Source: Candidatus Berkelbacteria bacterium RIFCSPLOWO2_01_FULL_50_28
GTDB lineage: Bacteria; Patescibacteriota; UBA1384; 2-12-FULL-50-11
Direction of reading: 5' to 3'
NCBI GenBank assembly: GCA_001774395.1
Contig: MEZX01000002.1
Location: forward strand, 160,753-224,752
Length of the DNA stretch: 64,000 nucleotides
Below the pieces are notes generated by a model, which had not been told where the DNA came from, searched no databases, and was given only the letters and a program-made list of their open reading frames with translations. Position numbers and translations under genes: made by a program. Shown here piece after piece: positions 56,607-64,000 of the stretch; position 1 is the first letter of the stretch; each line of letters starts with the position of its first letter.

Positions 56607-56690
56607 ATACCCTGCACGGTTCTCACAGAGGTGTTGTGAAAATTCGCCTCCCTTCCGGAAGGTTCGCGGAGCGAATCGGCGAATTTTCGG
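56607..56690. repeat. About 82-bp structured palindromic element, copy 2
   Basis: ATACCCTGCACGGTTCTCACAGAGGTG...GAAAATTCGCCTCCCTTCCGGAAGGTTCGCGGAGCGAATCGGCGAATTTTCGG. Confidence 0.7.
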
Positions 56691-56737
56691 TATCTATGGT
56701 GACTCGAGAGGTGAGTTTTGATAAACTATCGAAGTAT

Positions 56738-56808
56738 TCCGGGATCGTATAGTGGTAGTACGCTAGGTTCTGGTCCTAGTAACCTTGGTTCGAATCCAAG
56801 TCCCGGAG
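56738..56808 (+). tRNA. tRNA-Gln (anticodon CTG), CCA not encoded
   Basis: Cloverleaf folded by hand: acceptor TCCGGGA/TCCCGGA (U1-A72), anticodon loop TTCTGGT, T loop TTCGAAT. Confidence 0.85.
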
Positions 56809-56878
56809 CAATGAGAAAAAACGAAGAGCGGAGGGGCGAGGATTACCCGTAGGGGTATTCCAAGTCCCGGAGCAATGA
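56794..56878. repeat. Direct duplication of the tRNA-Gln 3' end: A-TCCAAGTCCCGGAGCAATGA at 56794-56814 and again at 56858-56878 (att-site-like scar)
   Basis: 21-22 nt repeated, with a 43-nt spacer; the second copy contains the ATG of the NUDIX gene. Confidence 0.6.
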
Positions 56879-57306
56879 CAAGTACAGATAAAGATACGTA
56901 TTTCGTGGCGGTGAAGCTTTTTTTGCGACAGGGTGATCAGCTGCTCATCACTCACGATATCTTCGGTTCTTGGGATCTGCCGGGCGGGCGACTAAAACCT
57001 GACGAATTTCACAAGCCACTTTCGGATGTTGTGAAGCGTAAAATGGACGAGGAGCTTGGCTCGGATGTCAGTTACGTAGTCGGTGAGCCTCTGGTCTTCT
57101 TTAGGGTTGAGCGGCAAGAACGGGGACGGGCGGTCAGGATATTTGCGATTGGTTACGAAGCTACCTACGAAGGCGGTAAGATTTCCTTGGGCAAGCATCA
57201 CGATCAGATGAAATGGGTTGATGTTGAAATCTTTAAGCCCGAAGATTACTTCAAGGGTGGCTGGTTGCTCGGTGTTCAGGAGTACCTGGAGAAAGTTCGA
57301 GCCTAA
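56875..57306 (+). CDS. NUDIX hydrolase (143 aa)
   Basis: GGRLKPDEFHKPLSDVVKRKMDEELG fits the Nudix box GX5EX7REUXEEXGU loosely. Confidence 0.7.
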   Translation: MTSTDKDTYFVAVKLFLRQGDQLLITHDIFGSWDLPGGRLKPDEFHKPLSDVVKRKMDEELGSDVSYVVGEPLVFFRVERQERGRAVRIFAIGYEATYEGGKISLGKHHDQMKWVDVEIFKPEDYFKGGWLLGVQEYLEKVRA

Positions 57307-57440
57307 CACTCCCGGTGTTCTTCCCCGGCAGCAAATTAAACCCACCTGGCGGTTTCCACCTATTTCAAGTTGGCACGAGCGTACAAATCAAGAACATCTC
57401 TAAAAACCGCAACAGCGGTTTTTAGGTTGAGAGGAGGTTG

Positions 57441-58298
57441 TCAGCCAAGCCTCAAATGCTGCCACTGCGGACTGACTCTGCCTCCGGGGAAGTGGCTTTG
57501 ATCAAGCACGCTGCCCGATAGTGCATCGTGCCCGCGTGTGATCGGATAGTCTGCTGAAACTCGACCGTTGGCGTAAAGATTGACGCTCTCTACTTCAACA
57601 TAATGAACATCCCAGTAGGTAACCTCCATCTGTCCCCACAAGTAGACCGGCATGCCGTAGATGCGTTTCACTTCGACGGCACTTTTGGCAAGCGGGTCGC
57701 CCAGATGTGGCTGACCGTACGGTTCACGCAAGTTTGTCCGTTTAATGCCAAGGTCGCTCAACCGATCAAGAGTTTTTGCCAAGTCATTATCTGCCAGGTT
57801 CTCTGGTCCGAGCACGATGTTGATCTTAACACTCTGCATGTGGCTGGAATTGGCCAATATTTCCTCGAGGCGAGGAGTGACACCCTGCCCCATCATTTCC
57901 TCATAGATCGCCTCGTCAAATGAGGGGATTGAGATACTTGCTTTGTCAAAGAGCTTCCAGTCGTCGAGATGGTTAAGCGCCACAACACCGTTGGTTCGCA
58001 CCCCGAGTACGAGTTCGGGGATGGCGGTTCGCAGTAGCGCGTTAAGCTTGCCGATATTCTGGCAGAGCAGCGGGTCAGTGTTCGAACCGGTGAGATTTAT
58101 TTCGTGGATGTTGTGGTTCAGACACTCATCAACAAACTTCCAGATTCCTCTTAGCGGCCAGCTGGAGAGGTTGTCAAGTGGATCGAGAGCCATCATATGC
58201 TGTCCGATGCAGAAGTAGCAGCTGCGATTGCACGGCCCTGAAAAGTGAATGTTTCCAAACCAGTGGGTAAAGTTCTTGTCCGAGTTAAGGCAGCCCAT
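57441..58298 (-). CDS. Radical SAM domain protein (about 285 aa)
   Basis: CNRSCYFC (CxxxCxxC). The start at MGCLNS is preceded by AAGGAGA. Confidence 0.7.
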   Translation of the reverse strand: MGCLNSDKNFTHWFGNIHFSGPCNRSCYFCIGQHMMALDPLDNLSSWPLRGIWKFVDECLNHNIHEINLTGSNTDPLLCQNIGKLNALLRTAIPELVLGVRTNGVVALNHLDDWKLFDKASISIPSFDEAIYEEMMGQGVTPRLEEILANSSHMQSVKINIVLGPENLADNDLAKTLDRLSDLGIKRTNLREPYGQPHLGDPLAKSAVEVKRIYGMPVYLWGQMEVTYWDVHYVEVESVNLYANGRVSADYPITRGHDALSGSVLDQSHFPGGRVSPQWQHLRLG

Positions 58299-58379
58299 AA
58301 TTCTCCTTGTAAAAGTGCTTCGTGTTACCATTGTGCCAATTCCATAAGTGTAGTTAGCACACTAAGTAACGCGAAAAAA

Positions 58380-59039
58380 TTATAGTGTTATCATCGTCTT
58401 TTGTCTTACTCGGTACAGTCGGGCTGGACGGTGGGCGCCTTCAGTGTCGAAAAGCTTTGTCGACTCAAGTATGTTCATCGTCTCGATATGTTTGCGGAAA
58501 TTCCGCTTATCTAACTTCTTGTTTAGAACCGCTTCATAGACAGCCTGCAGCTCGCTAAGGCGAAACTCATCGGGGAGAAAGGCGTGGGCGATACCTGTGT
58601 ATTCAAGTTTTGCTCGCAGTCGTTTAATGGCATAATTTACGATCACACGGTGGTCGAATGCAAGCTCGGGCAATTTATTTATCCCAAACCACTTCGCCTC
58701 AGATACATCAGTGTCGGCTCGAAGTTGGAGCTTGTAACTAGGGGTAAGTGCATAGTAGGCGACGGTAATAACCCGCTCACGTGGGTCGCGCTTAGGGTCA
58801 CCGAAGGTGTAGAGCTGTTCAAGGAAGACCTCTTTAATACCAGCCTCCTCTTTCAATTCACGTTTTGCCGCAGTCTCCAGCGTTTCGGTTTCCTTCACAA
58901 AACCCCCCGGAATGGCCCAAATCCCCTTAAAAGGTTCAATATCTCTTCGGACGAGTGCTATTTTTAGCTCGTTGTTAATTAGTGAAAAAACCAGTACATC
59001 AACGGTTACAGCCGGGTGTGGGTAGTTCGCAGTAGACAT
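58380..59039 (-). CDS. NUDIX hydrolase with a C-terminal winged-helix-like extension (NrtR-like), 219 aa
   Basis: Nudix box GGFVKETETLETAAKRELKEEAGI. Confidence 0.7.
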   Translation of the reverse strand: MSTANYPHPAVTVDVLVFSLINNELKIALVRRDIEPFKGIWAIPGGFVKETETLETAAKRELKEEAGIKEVFLEQLYTFGDPKRDPRERVITVAYYALTPSYKLQLRADTDVSEAKWFGINKLPELAFDHRVIVNYAIKRLRAKLEYTGIAHAFLPDEFRLSELQAVYEAVLNKKLDKRNFRKHIETMNILESTKLFDTEGAHRPARLYRVRQKTMITL

Positions 59040-59259
59040 CTTAGTGTTATTAATACACTAATTACTGAACGTGTCAAGGCCTGAAATCTCCTGTCTCTCT
59101 AGACTTTGACGATGTCACCCGGTTCCATTCGTTTCGCTTCAATCCAGCCATCGGAAATATTCCGTCGGCTCTTACTCGCGTCCTTCCCCGGTTGCTATCT
59201 TGACTCGACGGACAGATTATTGTAGAGTTTGCTTTATCTCTGATGGGAGGAGAAACGGC

Positions 59260-59415
59260 ATGAAGAAATGTCAAGTGCGAGCTCTAAGTGAGTCCGCGCG
59301 CCTCAAGGCCATGGGCATCACAATGTCCAAGACCAAGGGCAAAAGAGGTAAGAGAAATCGGAGGGTGAGAGAGCAGGATCGAGCCTACCGCAATTCACGT
59401 GGTTCACGTTGGTAG
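59260..59415 (+). CDS. Small highly basic protein (51 aa; MKKCQVRALSESARLKAMGITMSKTKGKRGKRNRRVREQDRAYRNSRGSRW)
   Basis: GGGAGGAG lies 7 nt upstream; TTGACT-17-TAGAGT promoter about 40 nt upstream. Confidence 0.4.
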   Translation: MKKCQVRALSESARLKAMGITMSKTKGKRGKRNRRVREQDRAYRNSRGSRW

Positions 59416-59626
59416 CTCTGATCGACATCGAGGTGTGACAACTGAGCCGCTGCCCCAGGCCTGCCGGAGAACCCGGTGGGCCTCTTCTTAATAGCCGAAC
59501 TCTAACTATACCTGCGGCGGTAAATATCGTTACTGCAAATAACTATGATTGTCCGGTAGCTCAGATGCTTGATCCTCTGAACCGACACTGATATAGTTAC
59601 GCGGTATTCTACGGGGAGGGTTTCAT

Positions 59627-60307
59627 ATGGACATTATCATCCTTGCCGGGGCCGATAAGGCTACCGAGCGAAAGACCAAGTCGGGACACAGCTACCGCGA
59701 TGCCGCGATCATCGCTGTTTCCAAGATCAACGCCAACCGAACGGTGGTCGTGACAAAGTGGACTCTTGGAGCGCTGGGCGGCGGCAACGTAGTCGCTACT
59801 CATGGCGGGTCAAGCCTGGCAGAGAGCCTGGGTAACGGCCTGAAGCAATGTACGACAGCAGACTGGGTACTGATCGTCGCGGCCGACTTGCCCCACATCA
59901 ACGCGACAGCGGTGGAGGACTTCCTCCAAAAGGTCGAACGAGCCTCAAGCACGAACAGCAACTCGGACGTCTTTGTTGGATATGCTTCGATGGAAGACTG
60001 TAGACGCCTCAACCACACCAGCCACCGTTCGATCATTCTGGACGGGGCGGCGGTCAAGCTAGCCAGCGTTTTTCTGGTCCGTCCGCAGGTTCTGATAGAC
60101 CAGAGCGGGGTGATCGGCAAACTCATCGCTAAGCGCAAAAGCGTCCTGGCCATCGGCCTGAAGCTGCTCGGGTTCAAGACAGCCCTGAAGCTCTTGAGAC
60201 AGGGGGCCTTCAAGCTCTCAGAGCTGGAAGCGGCACTGGCAAAGAAGAAAGTCATGGCCAAGGGCATTAGAGTCCAGGCCGAGTTAGCGGTCGACGATGA
60301 CACCTAG
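59627..60307 (+). CDS. Hypothetical protein with an N-terminal MobA/CofC-like nucleotidyltransferase-fold signature (IIILAGADKA...), 226 aa
   Basis: Weak resemblance only; SD GGGGAGGG. Confidence 0.35.
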   Translation: MDIIILAGADKATERKTKSGHSYRDAAIIAVSKINANRTVVVTKWTLGALGGGNVVATHGGSSLAESLGNGLKQCTTADWVLIVAADLPHINATAVEDFLQKVERASSTNSNSDVFVGYASMEDCRRLNHTSHRSIILDGAAVKLASVFLVRPQVLIDQSGVIGKLIAKRKSVLAIGLKLLGFKTALKLLRQGAFKLSELEAALAKKKVMAKGIRVQAELAVDDDT

Positions 60308-60444
60308 GGGTCGTCACGGGGGGCTTCTCTACGGGTCGTCAGGAAATCTGGCGACCTCTTTAATAGTGGATACCACCTCTCCGGCAGCAATTTTCAGGTT
60401 ACTTTTCTCATCTCCACGCACTTCCGGTATTCTGAAATTGAGTA

Positions 60445-63132
60445 ATGGAAAATTTCTGGGCTGTTCCCAAGACAGCCGTTCTTAAAGAGCTCCAGACGGA
60501 CGAAATACACGGCTTGAGTTCGCGTGAAGCTCGCTCGCGGCTGACCAAACACGGATTCAACGAGCTAGCCATCAAAGAGCGCGACACAACCGCGGCCGTT
60601 TTGGGACGTCAGTTTGCCAGCCCGCTCGTGGCAATACTGCTCGTGGCGCTTATATTGAGCCTGTCACAGCAACACGTCACTGACGCCATAATCATTGCGA
60701 TGGTGGTGATGATAAATGCCCTGATCGGTTTTTTCGAGGAGGATCGGGCTCAAGACGTTATTGCCAAGCTACGGCAGATCCTAGCCCCTCATGCCAGAAT
60801 AATTCGCGACTCAACTGAGGAGAAGATTGGGGCACGACTATTGGTAGTGGGAGACATCATTAAGCTTGAGGCGGGCGATCGCGTTCCGGCTGACGTTCGA
60901 ATTATTGGCGGCAGAAACCTACGGGTAAACCAAGCTTCCTTAACGGGCGAGGCGGTGCCAGAGTTTAAACGCGATACTGTGCTGGCCGAGAAGACACCGT
61001 TGGCCGACCGTGACAATATGGCGTTTTTGGGTAGCCTCGTTGTAAGCGGGGCGGCGCTCTGTGTGGTAACGGCTACAGGAATTGGTAGTGAGGTGGGCAA
61101 GATTACCCGAGAGGTTGTCCAGGTTCGTCGTACGCAGAGCGATATTACCCGCAAGCTGAATTATTGGGCTCGTCTCATTGGCATTGTTTCGGTCCTACTC
61201 TCTGCTCTTGCTCTCTTGGTTGGTTTGGGTCGAGGCATCCCTCTGATCGAAATGCTCAAAACTTCAATTTCACTACTCGTTTCTTTGGTGCCCGAGGGGT
61301 TACCGATTGCACTAACGGTTACATTGTCGGTCAGCCTGCGGCGGGTTTTTCGCTCCCGAGCGGTGCTACGTAAACTTAGTTCAGCCGAAACGTTGGGAAG
61401 CGTGACAATAATTTGTGTTGATAAAACTGGAACACTTACCGAAGGGATGATGGTCGCAGAGCGTCTTATTACAGGGGCAAAAGAGTATCTTGTGACGGGT
61501 CGAGGGCTCTCTCTTAGCGGCTCGTTCGTAAGTGAAGGGGAGAAGGTTGACGTCGCTAAGACGCCGGCCTTGAGACTACTACTAGAGCTAGCCTCGCTCT
61601 CCACTACTTCAACGATAAATAAACGAGACCTGCACAGCGATCGAGCCCGAGAGTTATCCGATCCAACCGAGACGGCGCTGGCCGTGGTGGCGGCAAAGGC
61701 GGGCCTTTATGCCTTTGAACAAAACGAAGAGCACCCAGAGGTAATAGAAGTGCCGTTCGACCAGCTGTTGCGATACTCGGTGTCTGTTCACAAAATGGAC
61801 GGCAAAAATCGTTACATCGTAAAGGGCTCGCCAGAGCGGATCATAAAGCTAGCTACTAAACAGCTAACCTCGACGATGTCTGAGGTAAGACTTGACCGTC
61901 AAAGCCGGGAAAAATTGGAACATATTGCCGAGTCCTACGCCGAGACTGGCTACCGGGTGGTGGCGCTAGGTTTTGTCGATAAACGGTCGGTCGAGTCCCA
62001 GCGACCGGAAAAAGTGGACGATCTAACGTTCGTTGGCCTGTTTCTGCTAAGTGATGCCATTCGTTCAACGGTTCCCCAAGCAATCGTGGAAGCCCAGGAG
62101 GCGGGTTTGAAGGTTATGATGATTACTGGTGATCATCTACTAACGGCCGAACACATCGGCGCCCAATTGGGCTTAATTAATGGTGGAAAAGTAATGCATG
62201 CGGACGAGATTAGCGGTTGCGATATGGCCGATGTGAGCATTATCGCCCGCGCCACTCCGTCGTCGAAACTGCTTATTGTTGAAAAACTGCAACGGCGAGG
62301 CGAGATTGTGGCGATGACTGGGGACGGCGTTAACGACGCTCCGGCTTTGAAGAAGGCCGATATCGGTATTGCGATGGGACTGCACGGGACTGACGTGGCG
62401 ATTGAAGCAGCCGATATGGTGTTGTTGGATAACAACTTCGCATCCATAACCGCTGCTGTCAAAGAAGGCAGGCTGATCTGGAACAATCTGCGCAAGATTA
62501 TTTTTCATCTTACCTCAACCAGCTTTGGCGAAGTGGCAATTATTATTCTAGCCTTGATGTTCGGCTGGCCGCTGCCGCTTATGGCCGTGCAAATTCTTTG
62601 GCTCAACCTAGTTACGGACGGCGCAACCTCCATGGCCTTAACGATTGAGCCGGCGGAGACCGATTTGATGCACCAGCGGCCCCGATCACCCGAAGCCAAA
62701 ATTATCGACTCGGGGATGCTATTTAGAATGATCTTGGTATCCTTGGCGATGGCTGGCGTCTCGCTTTGGCTATATTGGGCGTCTCTGCCAAGTGGGGTCG
62801 AGTACGCCCGCAGTACCGTACTAACATTCATGGTTTTTGCCCAAGTATTTAACTTATTCAATGCCCGTTCGGAAACTCGCTCGGTTTTCATATTGAAGTT
62901 TGGCCAAAATCACCTGTTGATTTGGCTAAGCCTGCTCTCGATCGTCCTTCAGTTCATCGCGATCTACTTCCAGCCACTTAGCCAGGCGCTGGGGCTAGTG
63001 CCGTTGACGTGGCAAACAGTGGGCACAGCTGCCCTCCTAGCCAGTTCGATCCTCTGGGTGGATGAAGTGCGCAAGTTAACTCGGCGTCTGTTACTGGTGT
63101 GGGCGAGGCTACAAAACACTTTTACGGCGTGA
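60445..63132 (+). CDS. Cation-transporting P-type ATPase (P2-type; Ca2+/Mg2+-like)
   Basis: DKTGTLT, PEGLP and TGDGVNDAPALKKADIGIAMG motifs; 895 aa. Confidence 0.9.
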   Translation: MENFWAVPKTAVLKELQTDEIHGLSSREARSRLTKHGFNELAIKERDTTAAVLGRQFASPLVAILLVALILSLSQQHVTDAIIIAMVVMINALIGFFEEDRAQDVIAKLRQILAPHARIIRDSTEEKIGARLLVVGDIIKLEAGDRVPADVRIIGGRNLRVNQASLTGEAVPEFKRDTVLAEKTPLADRDNMAFLGSLVVSGAALCVVTATGIGSEVGKITREVVQVRRTQSDITRKLNYWARLIGIVSVLLSALALLVGLGRGIPLIEMLKTSISLLVSLVPEGLPIALTVTLSVSLRRVFRSRAVLRKLSSAETLGSVTIICVDKTGTLTEGMMVAERLITGAKEYLVTGRGLSLSGSFVSEGEKVDVAKTPALRLLLELASLSTTSTINKRDLHSDRARELSDPTETALAVVAAKAGLYAFEQNEEHPEVIEVPFDQLLRYSVSVHKMDGKNRYIVKGSPERIIKLATKQLTSTMSEVRLDRQSREKLEHIAESYAETGYRVVALGFVDKRSVESQRPEKVDDLTFVGLFLLSDAIRSTVPQAIVEAQEAGLKVMMITGDHLLTAEHIGAQLGLINGGKVMHADEISGCDMADVSIIARATPSSKLLIVEKLQRRGEIVAMTGDGVNDAPALKKADIGIAMGLHGTDVAIEAADMVLLDNNFASITAAVKEGRLIWNNLRKIIFHLTSTSFGEVAIIILALMFGWPLPLMAVQILWLNLVTDGATSMALTIEPAETDLMHQRPRSPEAKIIDSGMLFRMILVSLAMAGVSLWLYWASLPSGVEYARSTVLTFMVFAQVFNLFNARSETRSVFILKFGQNHLLIWLSLLSIVLQFIAIYFQPLSQALGLVPLTWQTVGTAALLASSILWVDEVRKLTRRLLLVWARLQNTFTA

Positions 63133-63149
63133 AGGGGTACAATTGGGCT

Positions 63150-63527
63150 ATGAGTAGCCACACGGTGTTGATAGTTGAAGACAACGAAGAATTGCGCCAT
63201 CTCTACAAGGAGGAGTTTAGCCATAATAACTTTGAAGTCTTGGAAGCCGAGGACGGTGATGTTGCCGTTACTAGCGCTGTAACAAACGCGCCCGACGCGA
63301 TTATTCTTGACTTGATGCTACCGCGCCAAGGGGGCATTAGAGTTTTGCGGGTGTTGCGGACGCTGCCAGAGACAAAACATCTGCCGATTGTTATCCTGAC
63401 CGCACTGCCCAATCCAGAGTACAGAGAGCAGACTATCGATAAGGTTCAGGGGTACTTTCTTAAAACTGAAATTCGACCAAAAGATTTAGTTGCCAAAATA
63501 CGCGAGATTATCGACGAGCGGCAGTAA
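63150..63527 (+). CDS. Single-domain response regulator (CheY-like receiver)
   Basis: TVLIVEDNEELRHLY...AIILDLMLPRQGG...; internal Met of track ORF 63099. Confidence 0.8.
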   Translation: MSSHTVLIVEDNEELRHLYKEEFSHNNFEVLEAEDGDVAVTSAVTNAPDAIILDLMLPRQGGIRVLRVLRTLPETKHLPIVILTALPNPEYREQTIDKVQGYFLKTEIRPKDLVAKIREIIDERQ

Positions 63528-63603
63528 GCTGCCTTGTCGTAATTCTCCTTCGTCGAATTATCGACGCACGAGCCGAGATATAGTAGAATTACAGAAGTAT
63601 TTG

Positions 63604-63677
63604 GGTCTCGTCGTCTAGTGGCCAAGGACACCTGGTTCTCATCCAGGAGATCACGGGTTCGACTCCCGTCGAGACCG
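63604..63677 (+). tRNA. tRNA-Glu (anticodon CTC)
   Basis: Acceptor GGTCTCG/CGAGACC, anticodon loop TTCTCAT, T loop TTCGACT; CCA not encoded. Confidence 0.85.
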
Positions 63678-63792
63678 CAATCACCTTGTTCTTTATATCG
63701 AGGCCAAATCTGTTGACTTTATATGATTTAGTTAGTACAGTCACTTAGTATCATTAGTAGCTTAATTCGGAGACGGATCTATACCATAAGGT

Positions 63793-63867
63793 GCCCCGGT
63801 AGCTCAGTGGTAGAGCGCTGCCTAGATAAGGGAGAGGCCAGGGGTTCGAATCCTTTCTGGGGCACCA
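63793..63867 (+). tRNA. tRNA, best fit Ile (GAT), with an atypical anticodon arm (loop TAGATAA, A at position 33, one G.G mismatch in the stem); CCA encoded
   Basis: Acceptor GCCCCGG/CTGGGGC, D arm TAGCTCAGTGGTAGAGC, T loop TTCGAAT. ...GATAAGGGAGAGG resembles Ile-GAT tRNAs. Confidence 0.55.
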
Positions 63868-63918
63868 AGATTTCCCGGGCAAACCACGTTTGCCCATCCG
63901 TCCCTGTCTTAAGTTAGA

Positions 63919-63945
63919 AAGAGAGCCCAGTTGGGCTCTCTTTTG
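63919..63945 (+). terminator. Intrinsic terminator after the tRNA pair (AGAGAGCCC-agtt-GGGCTCTCT + TTTG)
   Basis: 9-bp stem plus a T tract. Confidence 0.55.
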
Positions 63946-64000
63946 ATAAAGCAATGGAGGATGGTCGAAACCATCCTCCATGGGACGTGGCGCTATACAC

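Noticed and set aside
63754-63981. Track ORF 63754..63981 (-) and 63446..63631 (-)
   Set aside because: They are antisense to or overlapping the two tRNA genes and the terminator hairpins. The WCPRKDSNP-type translation is the classic tRNA-antisense artefact

Overview
This 64 kb window comes from a compact bacterial chromosome. Most of it is about 52% GC; there is a GC-rich block of about 65% at 16.3-19.5 kb and a low-GC block of about 40-45% at 40.6-42.3 kb. Genes are densely packed, often overlapping, with many intrinsic terminators. It is probably a small-genome, CPR-like or Firmicutes-like organism, but I cannot establish taxonomy. Housekeeping genes: groES-groEL; efp; rpsF-ssb-rpsR; xerC/D-type recombinase; ndk; an MraY/WecA-family transferase; dnaE carrying a 374-aa intein; purD; rpmA-rplS; yraN; gltX; tRNA-Gln, tRNA-Glu and a third tRNA; a P-type ATPase; and a CheY-like receiver. 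Accessory or unusual content: (i) the start of a giant surface protein of more than 1800 aa (1-5407, minus strand, runs off the window edge) built of Kelch beta-propeller and FN3-like repeats. (ii) A 6 kb islet of small genes (9.0-15.3 kb), each following an intrinsic terminator plus a conserved motif (TTAACTTCCCGCCAAAAGAAAACGGCTCC, 7 copies, found only there). It contains a Pol-beta nucleotidyltransferase, a zinc-ribbon peptide, a methyltransferase, a TrmB regulator divergent from a SET-domain protein, and OMP-like secreted proteins. (iii) A type IV pilus operon (20.4-31.0 kb): PilC, four prepilin-like genes including one with four He_PIG/Ig-like repeats, and a 1700-aa pilus-associated giant protein. 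pilC appears to lack a canonical start codon. (iv) A miniature tmRNA-like gene (about 136 nt, no recognisable tag-encoding domain). It is followed by a tandem array of five small genes, each preceded by a conserved structured element (GC-rich hairpin with compensatory stem variants, then CCTGAAATTGAGAGCTGAAAAG...TTGCACAT). The last gene in the array is a REC-DnaJ-type zinc-finger fusion. (v) Several small repeat families: an 80-bp palindromic element in two copies, AT-rich CAATTT heptamer arrays at four loci, and a duplicated tRNA-Gln 3' end. I recalled some sequence lines imprecisely at line boundaries, so coordinates derived directly from the text (RNAs, repeats, motifs) may be off by +/-1-2 nt. 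CDS coordinates are anchored to the supplied ORF track.
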